Positions 25,701 through 36,965 of a stretch of 64,000 nt of DNA are shown here, one piece after another; the first letter of the stretch is position 1, and every line of letters starts with the position of its first letter. Position numbers and translations under genes: made by a program. The stretch comes from Bugula neritina (taxonomy: Eukaryota; Animalia; Bryozoa), in contig OZ037770.1 of the NCBI GenBank assembly GCA_964035545.1, positions 11,304,463 to 11,368,462 on the forward strand. Direction: 5' to 3'. The notes under the pieces were generated by a model. That model made no database searches and was not told the DNA's origin. It worked only from the letters and a program-made list of their open reading frames with translations.

Positions 25701-27045
25701 ACCATTTATACACCTTATCAACCATGCATATCACTGCAGTAAGTCACATGATATACATGATGAATGATGGTTTGATATGCCATATGCTAGTAACTGACTG
25801 CATTTGATTACTTGTCTCAAATGGAGTGCCTTCTGCATGGTTAGTTGACATTTTAGCCCTTATATCTTTTACTATTCTGTGAATTGTGATGGTATCAAAG
25901 CCTACCTGTTTTTATTTCGAAAACATCATTTGCAAAAATACTTCAATTAATTATTACTATAGGAATTATATCACAGATCAAGTAATTGGTAAGGCAACTA
26001 ACCAATAATTATTTCCAATGTAATGCTCAAAATTACAAGCATAACTCATTAAAAGTTTCTATTTCATCTTATCAACCTTGCAGCGTTGACAGCTGCAAGC
26101 AGAACTCATAACTATGTGAAAAAATGTTGCTTAAGCAGTTGTCTGCTCTACTTGTATTTCTTGAAGACAAGTGCTGACTAAAAGTATAAATTAGGCTAAG
26201 CAAAAATATCTAATAAAGTTTTTCTGTTAGAAAGTTTGAAATATGTTTTGCTATTCTATAAACTGAGCAACATGCTTCCAGATAAATGGATCTTTTGGTA
26301 ACAGTTGGTGTGACAAATCTACCTAAATTCTGTGTTAGTAATTTAAATATGTCTAAGACTAATTATGGTTACACTAGAAGTGGTGTGAAAGTAGGGTTGG
26401 TGCTGATTGTAAACGTTTAAATAGTAAACTAATGCTTTTGAATTGCCTATCAAGTGTCTGTTGTTTCCTTTTGTGAAAACTAATACCATTGGACTGTGTT
26501 GAACCAGATTAGCGAATCACGAGTTAGACAGACTTGCTTATCAAGCACTGCTTCTAATATTTAGTCAGTATATAAGATAAGAAAGCTCTGCTAGTATCTT
26601 TCTATCAGTACCAGCATTTAGTCAATACAATGTTTAGTAATTTAGATTCCACTATGACTATTCAACTTTGAACCCTGTGAAGTAGTGGTAAGTACACAAC
26701 AGTTCTCTGCTGTATACAGGTGTCACCTTGGGGTTAATCCATAGTCTTACAATTATGCATACTTCTGCATATTATATTTTTGGAGGTGTATAATAGTAAT
26801 ACTAATAATGATAGGAGGTATAGGTACTGCATTGGAAAAAGCCTGTGTTCTAGGTGTGAAACGCCATAAACAAGTTAGGTATTAAATAAAGCACCATTAC
26901 TTTAAGGTTACAGCTACTACTGATTGTGGATGGACGTAGCTAAACATACAGGGGTTGCTTGCTGTAGTATTAGTAGCCACTGCGATGTGGATAAAAGTCA
27001 AAACTGAAATATTCAAAAACTAATATGTCTGAACTTTAGAAGAAT

Positions 27046-27210
27046 GGAGGTAGTTGCAGTAATCATAACGGAGAAATTGAGAAAAGCCCGTGTTCTAGAT
27101 TAGAAATGAAACAAAAGAAGTTATGTTCCTGCGAGAGTTTTAATCTAAATTTTATTAAGAAATCTAAAACGCTTAGGGTATCTCAACTTCTCCACTACTG
27201 CTCCTAAATG
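27046..27210 (+). mobile_element. MITE family A copy
   Basis: GGAGGTAGTTGCAGT...GAGAAATTGAGAAAAGCC...CTCCACTACTGCTCCTAAATG. Confidence 0.75.
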
Positions 27211-27423
27211 AGAATGGTGGTTGGCAAGTAGTGAGTATGGGATGGAATCAACTTCACTTAAGGAAACATTGTGTGGAACTACTAACTTAATCTCTTTAAT
27301 CAGTTGATGTGGGGATGTAGTATAAATCAAGACTCACTCCAAGTCTTAATTATAAGTTATCAATTATTATAAAGTGACATGACTATGTGGCATTGTAAAG
27401 ATAATTTTAGTGACTTCTGCTTT

Positions 27424-27571
27424 CATTTAGGAGTAATAGAGAGATTTTGGTCGCCTAAGCTCTTTAATTTTCTTTATAAATTTTGGTTTGGGGTGCATAA
27501 CTTCTTTTGCTATATTTTATATCTAGAACACAGGCTTTTCTCAATTTCTCCATTACTGCACCTATACCTCC
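27424..27571 (-). mobile_element. MITE family A copy (internally deleted)
   Basis: CATTTAGGAGTAATAGAGAG...CAGGCTTTTCTCAATTTCTCCATTACTGCACCTATACCTCC. Confidence 0.75.
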
Positions 27572-30566
27572 CTGTTTTATGGTTAAATGCCAAAGCTGGG
27601 CTTAAGTCACTTGATTTGAGTACTTGAAATTCTTTACTTGAGTCAACTTGCACTGACTTGAATTACTGTGACTGACAAATCAGCTTCATGATATTCTCAC
27701 ATTTCCTTTACTATGCAGACAACCTAATATAAGAATTCTTCCTCATGACTGATGCTATTTGAAAAACTACCAATTATCTTTTATGGCTATACAGCATGTA
27801 TTAACATGTCAGCCTCTTTGTAATCAGCATGTTCCTTAATAGTAACCCTTTTCCTGTTTAGCATATTCAGTATTCATTGTATTACTTGATGGTAACCCTG
27901 CTTTAGAATGCTTGGAGACTCAACATTTTACAAACAAAAGCTGAAAACTTGCTGGTTGGCTGGTGTGTCTATACGCTGTGCTCCCATGCCATCGGCCATA
28001 TTGTGTTGTGATGTTAAGATGCAGCAGACATTCCAAAAAGAGGCTACGCAGACGCACACTGATATATCTGAGTGTAACATCATTGATCTCTTCAATTGTT
28101 GTCATCCTATTACTATGGAAGCTAGTAAGTTGCATTACCATAACCAACCAAGCTAACTAAATACTAGCAACTTGGACTAAAGATTTAGCTAATCATTGAC
28201 TGAATGCTAACATTGCTGATAGGGATGTGTCTATAGCAAAAACAGAGTACGTTGCCACAGTTACTGAGCTAAAAATGTGCATTTCAACACTTGGTTTGGA
28301 GTGAAAAGCGAGTAATGAACTGGAACATTTCTCAATTGATGAGATTCTATTTAAAAATGTTGTTTCTTCATAGACACCAACACTATTTGTTAACAACTGG
28401 CAAATATTCAGCTGATAAACTGTGATAAACGGTGAAGTGATTTAATGCTCATACACTCAAAAGTTACTATCGATCAACATACAATGGTGCAGTCACTCTT
28501 TTGTATGGTGGTTTTTATATTTTACAATTCTTCAATTGTTTAATTTTTTACAAGCAGTGTTGTAGTTTTATGCACTATTAAATGAGGTGTTTTTACATAC
28601 TCGAGTAGTTACTATGCATGTCAGGCTATGTGAAGAACCGAAATATTTGAAAGAAAGAACTGTATTGAGAGTATAATTACATGTAACAATGGAAGTCCTA
28701 GAGAAATTAGTAGAAGAGTATAATGCAGGAAACATTTGCACAAGATTAGCTTATCTAATTGACAGTTATCCTCTAACTAAGGCTGGGCGCCGAAAGGCGC
28801 TGTTAATATCCAAGAGGTTGGTCCTGATTGGCTAGTACAGAGTTCCGACGGTACTGCGGTGCCGCACGAAGTTGCGGCATCGCTAACGGAGTTGTAGGCC
28901 CTTGAAACCTTTAGGCCTCATAATATAATACAAGTACTTAGGTAGGGGGTACTAGGGGGTGGGGGGGGGGTTTACTTCCCACAGCCACTACAGTAGCTCA
29001 CATTTAAATGTTTTTTTTGCTGATGAGTTTGTAAGCTCTGAAATAAAACTTAAAAACAACAATTCACTGTCAAAGATTGAAGTCATGTTGAAAGCTTGGT
29101 CAGGGCAAAACCTAACGCATCGGCTTCATTTCTTATAAAAGAGTTTGGCAAAATGCCCTAAATACTTCTTTTGTAATCTATTACGCTTCATTAGTAATTG
29201 ATAAAGGAAATAATTATGATAAAATTTAGCAAGTTGTAGTTTTCTCTTATTTGTAGACTACACCCAGCCATGCTACTGGGGCATGTAAGGTCATGCACTG
29301 CATGTTGTGGTTAAAGAGATAGTTGGCATCTTTTGAAAACTTGATAGCCGTTTAGGTGCAATAAATGAAAATGTTATTCATGAAATAAAACTTCTGCATA
29401 TGTGATTAAACTTTAAAGCATATGGTTAGGTTACCTTTAAATGCCTGCATACTGATGATATAGAAAAGGTACTGTTATAGAGCTGTGTGTACGTTAGATA
29501 TTTAAGACTAATAAACCTACAGATGCTACTGTAGGTTTAGTGAACACATTTCAATTTTAGGCATGTGAGTTTGAAGTAACAGATATTTAATATGAGTGAA
29601 ATATGTGTGTATTTTGAATACGACACTTTTTTTCAATGCTAAAATATTAGATTTGTGTAACTTGCTTGGTATTCTAACAGAATTGCTGCATAACTTGCTG
29701 TTTAATAGCAAATGAAGGTAGAAGCAATAGTGGAGAAATTAAAAAATTGCTATTTTCTAGGTCACAAATATTTAAAAGTGTTTATTTAGTTAGCAACTTC
29801 TTGAGTCGCTTTAGTCGCTGCCAACAACCACTCTAAAGACTCACATCCCTGGGTTTTAGAAATTCTAATGTTTTACATCGGTTAACTGATAATTAGAAAT
29901 TGTAGCTTATTGCATTCATAACACATGAGCAGAATTGTTGTTTGGAATATAATTATGCTAGTGGCGCATGTTCCAACTTCAAGAGTTTTAACCATAGATA
30001 TATGGGTCACACTGCATTTTGGCTTTTTTTAGTGTATTTTATAAAATTATAGCTGCTAATGTGAAGTTGTTTTGCCTAGAGCTAATAAATTGTTGACAAA
30101 TAAAACTAAATAAGTAAATATTTTTTCAGCTGTACTCCATTTTCTACAACTTTTGATGGATTTTTAGTCAAAAACTAGAAAGCTGCCTTTATTTCTCAAA
30201 AATGCAAAGTTGCATAATTTTTTAACAAATGTTTTTATATTCCACAAAAAGTACAGCTTTTGCCCTTTTAAATGAAATGAAAAATATGCCAATGTTTTTA
30301 TCTGACAGCCACAGTTTCAGCTAAAGCCCTTCCAATGGTAGTTTTTATTGTCTAACAATTACTAGCAACCACATTTTAATTACCAATTACCAATTACCGA
30401 TTGTTTCAGGTTTATCTCTCAGCTGCTTTACTCTACATGCATATTTGTAATCAGCATAAAAAATACTGCAACCTTTTAAATTTTAACAACGTTTAACCAA
30501 TTTTAACCTTTGGTCCTTATTTACTGATGTGTACTAAATTAAGTAAATTGACTCATATATTTGTAG

Positions 30567-33500
30567 ATCTTCCTGGAAAGTTGCAAGTGGGAAAACAGAC
30601 CTACTGTAGTTTATGTTGAGATGGCTGAGAGTAGAAATTCTCTCTTTTCGTCTGTTCTCCAGTCTTATGCAAGCTTGTCAGCAAATACACAGGGTAACTA
30701 TTTCAGCAGCACAGTACGCCATGTAATATAGGGTAACTATTTCAGCAGCACACTACATCATGTCATGTGACACAGGGTAACTATTTCAGTGGTACACAGT
30801 GTCTTGTTGTGTGACATGCATCTCGATTTCAGGTCTAAAATATACTAAAAAGCCCAAAAGATACTGTTGTCCTACACAAAATTGCATTACATCCAGTCAC
30901 TGTATGCTAAGAAATTAGGATTTTAGTGTTTAAGCATCAAACGATGCAACATGATAATTGATAATCAAAAACACAAAATGTTTAAAACTGATTGAAATGG
31001 TTTTGTACTCTTTTTTTCTCTGCCGGTTTGTGCCAACACAGGAATAAGATTGCAGTTTAAACTCTCTGTACTATTTTAGAGTATGATATAAGTTACATAA
31101 CATCCCTGCAGTATCCTAAGAACTTGGTGTCTCTGCAAACTCCCAGGTATGTGTGTTTACCTGATCAGTTTGAAGCTAATTTTGACTACAAGCTTTCTAG
31201 AAGGCCAAATTATATAAAAGAAACTGCTGTTTAACCTACTATAGTACTAGCAATGGAGCTTCTTTGATCGCAACATTTCCTATATTTAATTAGTATCTAG
31301 GAAGCTTCATTTCTTATAACAAGTTTTGGCCTCTCTGCTTCCCCCTTTAAGTCTAATTGAAGCTCATTTACCAGCTGAAAAGCATTTAGGAGCAGTAGTG
31401 GGGTAGCCCAAGTTCTTTAATTATTTTATTGAATTTTGGTTTGAGGCGAAGATTCAAATTCTTTTGAGAACATAACTTCTTATGCTACATTTCTAATCTA
31501 GAACACAGGCTTTTTTCAATTTCTCCATTAGTGTGGTAAGTGGTAAACCAAGTTCAGATTCCAGAAATTCTTCCATCTGACACAGTCATGTATATACCAT
31601 CTGTGTCTACTAAACATAATTTGACTATAGATTCCCTTTTTATTTCATTATTGAAAAAAATGTCACCATAAATCTATTTAACGGAAATAATTCTATTTAA
31701 AACGTCAGTTCACGTCACAAAACATAATGCCACAAAATATCATCTAGGTCATAGCTATACGACAAGTATCGTGTTAGTATAATTTTCTGGTGACATTATT
31801 GATTCACATGAAAAAGATTTCAAATTGAAAACATAACTAAATTAGGCGTAAAATTACTTTTTACTCAATATACTTGTTTTATCATAATTCACTGAATTAT
31901 TTAAATAGTTGCAAATAATGTGAAAAAGCATTACAGTTTTCAGAAATTTTGCTAAATTAACAACTGCATGAATAGCATTGAAATACAATTGGAGTTAAGA
32001 GTTGAATTAGACAACTGAGTGTAACTGCATTAAGCATAAGCAGTGTGTATGTGTTATTATTTATATTGAATTACAATCTTACCTGATCAAATTGGCTTCA
32101 GAATCGGTGCAGTTTTGTCAAAAGTTGCAACACTCATACAAAAATCTCTCTAAATTATTTAAAGTTTAGGCCAAAAGTTACAACATGTGAAAGAGCAAAT
32201 TTTGCGTTCTAACATAAACAATTTCGTTTTTAAAATATTTTTCAACTTGAGGAGAAAATGATTTTTTTGTTATTGCTTACTAGATTAAAGTTTTTAAGTC
32301 TCAAAAGACAAGATATTAAATGTTTTAAACTCTGTGTCATTAGGTTCACATTTTGTTTTAAGATTCTCCTTGAATTCCAAAATACCAGCTGAAATTTTAC
32401 TCTACCCTACACTAACTTTACTACTGACTTTATTCTTGACTATGATTTCCTAATAAACAAGTTTCTATAATTCTGTAAAAAGAACTGGTAATGTTTCAGG
32501 AGTCAGGAACTTCTAGTCAAAAGTCACATGAGAGAAGACAACTCACTCCATGAGAAACTGAATTCTCTACAAAATAAGCTCTCTCATTATTTTGGTTTGT
32601 AATCTAAACATTTCAGTGTTCATACTTTGGCTATATTCAATATCACATTTCATTTTCTATTTATTTCTTTTTTGTTAAAGCAAAAATAATAATTTGTTAG
32701 AGTTTATATGAAGTAGAAGGGGGTAGGTAAAGAATTGTAAAATTGTCCCATTATAGGTTGAATAATACAGCTATTTATAAACGGAAGACAATTTGCATTT
32801 CACAGACAAATCAGTTGCTACAAAGTTCAGAAAAAGCTACTTTTAAATTAATGCTTGCAAGAATATTGTAAAGATCAAGTGAAAATAGCAAAACTTTTAA
32901 TATTTAAAACTAACACTCCCTTCATACAAGTCTGTAAGTTAAAACCGGCTATAAGAGTTGTAACAACTGCATGGTAGGCTATTGTTATTAGGTATGGGCA
33001 AGACCTCTACACATATAGAAAGTGAAGGAAGTATACTGGAGCTGATAGAAGAGATAGAGCTCAAGTTTAAGTTAGTCATGATCTCCGATTATGTTGATGA
33101 GTCACTGATTTTACTGAAAAATTTACTGGAATTGTCACTTAGAGGTAAAAATATTTTATTATTTATCTGCTGGTTATGAATCGATTGATAATAACTAAAT
33201 GCTGGATACATCTACAAACACTTTATAGTAAATCAGATAAATAATATAATATAATAGTACATATATCCACTCAATCTAGAACAAATATACAAAATTGGAG
33301 TTAGTTAGTATGAATTATCATACGGTTTATAATATGAATTTGTATAATCCAATATAATATAATAAAATATCATTTAATACTGGTTTGTAAACAATGCAAG
33401 TTAAAATTTTTTTATAGAAAATACACTTCAACATCGTGAAATGTTCTGAAAAAGATTTTAATAACGTATTTGTCAGGTATTAAAAGTCTACTACCAAAAC

Positions 33501-35174
33501 AATACTTGAGAGTAGTCAGTAACCTAATACATTATATTCTGTAGACATATTTTATACGAGACAAGAGAGTGACATTTCTACAGTTTTCCCAGAGAGCGAG
33601 GAGTTGTCAGCACAGAGCCAAGAAGAGCTGCAGTTATATACCCACTTCAACAAAACTTTCTGGGACAGAGTAAAAGAGCACCGGGATTTCCAGAAAGAGG
33701 TGGGCTTTATACATAGAACTTTAAAACTTTAAATTTTATAGAACATCATAAATCTCTTACAATACTCAATCTCACTGAGTGAAACTTTAATATTCTATAT
33801 CAGAGCATATTTTATTACTAGTACTAATAAGTGTTATTGTTACTCAATCAGTACAACCCTCAGCACTAAACTATATAGCTACTAGTATTATTTTCCTGGT
33901 TGAGTATTTGACTCTATTATTAATTAATCTATATATACACACACAAACACAAACACAAACAGTGCATGAACACGCACATTGGTGTATTGGATTTAACATA
34001 TTATTATAGTAATATAAAAAGTTCCGTGGGTTTAAACTTTGAATATAGTGCCAGACAGTTGTAGCCAAAATATGGTATGATGCAGATACACTGTTGCTAT
34101 TAGTAGTCTAAGTTTCTAGTGTCACTGTATGTTATAAATAGCATCAGCTAATATTATATTTTTTTAAGCTCAATATATTAATATTATTTAAAATTGTTTA
34201 AATTTCTATCACACATACACATAGTAATTATTACATAATTATACTATTTAACTTAATGAGGTTGCCATGGTGGTCTATTAAATAAAAGTTATTGCATCAG
34301 TGGTAAGGCAACTTCCAAGTTGAGAATTTGGTCATATGTTTGTTAAATTAGCCCTGATTAATACATTGTGTATAGCTGTGAATAAGGGAACTGAAATCTT
34401 TGCATGTAATTCTTGACTATAATATTATCTGTTTATTGTGGAAGTTAACGGAGTTATGCTGCACAAAATATATTTTGCATGTTTCGCCAAATGATTGCAA
34501 CTTGCAGCATCAAATTGTATTTTGTAGTTGAGTGAGTTTCAACATCTGAACCAAGTTGCTATTGAATTTTGTAACAGCTTTGAGCAGAATAAAATGGGCC
34601 ACAGGCTTTTTCTAAATACTCGACTGGAAAATTACCTTGAACTAAATGGTATGAACTGCAATATAGTTATTAGCATACGCAGAATCAATATACTTTTTAA
34701 CAGGTCCTCTAACTTCTTATTTGTTAATTTTGCTTTAGCATGTTTTTATTTTATATATAGAAGTTATATTTTATTTTTATAAAAATATGCATTCTATAAT
34801 TTTTGCCAAGGCATGTTGTTATATAGTTGAAGTCTGGGTAATAACTAATTACGTAATTACAAATACAATTCATATTCCTCTTCGCTTTCAACAGCATCTA
34901 AACTAATATAATATAAGGTCACATAAAATGTTTATATAATATTATTATCATTATATAAGCATTATCTGTGACCTTTACTTTAACCCATGATCTCTGTTTT
35001 GCTAACTTTGCACTCCAGTCATGGCTACACATTTTTTGATGTTAAAATTTTATTTCTAATTAAATATTTTATTTCAGCTTGTTTTTGATAAACTTTTATT
35101 TTTATATTTTGGTTATTTATTATGTTTTAGGAAAGTGGTGTAGAAAGTTACAAGAAAGAATAATATATTATTAG
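30567..35174 (+). CDS. Galactose-3-O-sulfotransferase (GAL3ST)-like protein with degenerate catalytic motifs; 5' exons unresolved
   Basis: Exons 30567-30693, 30833-~30900 (junction uncertain), ~31080-31146, 32500-32594, 32992-33144, 33545-33699, 34528-34648, 35131-35174. IEEIELKFKLVMISDYVDESLILLKNLLELSLRDIFY and ELQLYTHFNKTFWDRV match the GAL3ST motifs F.LV.I.EYFDESLVLL...L.W.L.DVLY and D..LY.HFN.TFW. Possible upstream exon 28625-28670. Confidence 0.7.
30688..30800 (+). repeat. 3 x ~40-bp repeat copying a GAL3ST-like donor site
   Basis: AGG|GTAACTATTTCAG at 30691, 30730, 30774. Confidence 0.85.
31383..31530 (-). mobile_element. MITE family A copy (truncated)
   Basis: CATTTAGGAGCAGTAGTGG...CTAGAACACAGGCTTTTTTCAATTTCTCCATTA. 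Confidence 0.75.
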
Positions 35175-36111
35175 AAATTGTTTACCAGATACTCTGTGAA
35201 ATATTATCTACTAAATTATCTACCCTCAAATATACACAAAACAATCAAATTGCCATTCCAACTATGCATTATTGGATCACTAGTTAGATATATTTTATAC
35301 CAATTTTTTTGTATGCTGTACATAATAGCGCAATTAACATATTTGATGTAAATAAATATTTTAATTTTTATATTTTATGTGTATACAATGTTTCAATTTT
35401 TTTTAATACAACTTTTGTGCAATTTTCTTATAATAATAAAACAGGCTTCTTTTACCAAGACTATAAACGACACTGAAAATATGTTGAATAGAAGCAGTAA
35501 TGCGACGGTTAAAAATGTAATTATTATTTTTACATGAACAACATTTAAGTTCAATCTGACAAATTTATAACCTTTTCAGAAAAAAAGTAACGCAGTCATA
35601 AGAACCAACTTTTTATGCTTTAAACAGAGTACATTATTGTGGTTCAAACAAATCTTGCAGTATTCAAAGTTAATAATTTGAACGATCTTTTTTAAATGAG
35701 ACAATACTAAGATACAATTTTAATTAATGTTTATGTAATGCTTTGTCAGCTAAATCATGTTATCGAAATTTTACTAACTGGTACTGCAATAAGTGTATAA
35801 TCAGAAAAATTTATAACTGCATGTGTATGTAAATAACAGCTGCATTGGTCATCAGTCATATGCATTACAATTTACAATGTATGCATGCTACTTAATCTGT
35901 TCTATACACTTAATTTAATTTAGCTGCACAGTGGAGATTTATATAAAATTTCAGGAATATTTAAAAAAGGGTAAATTTTGTCATAAATATGGCAGTATGA
36001 AAAGCAGTTGGACGAGGCGAAAGCAAATTCAAAATAAAAGGAGTTGTCCGCACAAAAATTATTTTAAGAAGTTTTCATTGGACTCGCTTTTAAAATACCT
36101 CGTTTTGAATT

Positions 36112-36126
36112 GTAACCAGGAGCAAC
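36112..36126 (+). promoter_or_regulatory. RFX X-box in the probable promoter of the ciliary gene PPP1R32/SAXO4
   Basis: GTAACCAGGAGCAAC fits GTNRCC(N0-3)RGYAAC; lies in a CpG-enriched patch ~100 nt before a likely 5'UTR donor (GAG|GTTAGT ~36225). Confidence 0.6.
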
Positions 36127-36319
36127 GGAAATTATTGGAGCGAGGTAATTTTCATTAACAATCATCACCACGTTTGATCATCTGTTTATTTATACTGCCT
36201 CGCCTTTTGAATCTTTTGATTAGAGGTTAGTATTCATCAAAAATAAGTGATTTACCATAAATTACTGTAGAAAATTTAGATTAGTGCTGCTTAATAGTTT
36301 AAATATTTGTTTTAAATTG

Positions 36320-36800
36320 AAATAAACTGCAAGTAAAGTCAAAATTCAACTTGATCCTAAAAAAAGGTGAAGTTAATTGAAAATTATTTGAATCGAATAA
36401 TCATGATGGTAATTTAGAATAGTATCAATAAGAGCTAGTATTTTTTTCTAATATTAATTTAAGATATTGGTTATTGATAGTAATACTGGTAGTAATTAAT
36501 AATGATAAAGGAAGTGATCAGTGTATACTAATACTTTATTAATTATTTTAAAAATTTTTAGAATTAAATTTAATAAATATAATAACTAATAAGTGACTTG
36601 AATCATTGTATTAGTGCTTATAGTCATAGTTGATTACTTAATACTGATAGTCACACTCACTAAAATGTTTAGTTATATTGTTGTTTACATTGCATATATG
36701 TTATCAATTTGAATTTGATTATACTGCTAATTAAAATTATGAATTGTCAGTAATTGATTCAACTTGTAATCAAAGTCAGAGTAAGATGTTCTACAAGCAT
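36320..36800. repeat. Drifting 6-bp-periodic tract in the probable PPP1R32/SAXO4 first intron
   Basis: TGATAG TAATAC TGGTAG TAATTA; TTATAG TCATAG; TAATAC TGATAG TCACAC. Confidence 0.5.
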
Positions 36801-36965
36801 TAACAACTGCCATGACCACTGTTAATAAACTGTTATAAGTAAAAAAGATCAGAAATATGAACAAAATAAAGTTTCTTTTTCAAACCTCAACAACCTAATG
36901 TTCTGATGAAAATCATATGCTACTTTTTACAGATAAGAATAAACAAAATAAACTAACAAATCAAG

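Noticed and set aside
28150-28440. Possible decayed transposase or missing N-terminal exons of the GAL3ST-like gene
   Set aside because: Multiple stops and no motif I can support; left unannotated.
29005-29062. Hammerhead ribozyme (CTGATGAG...GAAA)
   Set aside because: Stem II does not close next to GAAA and no stem III with a cleavage triplet can be formed.
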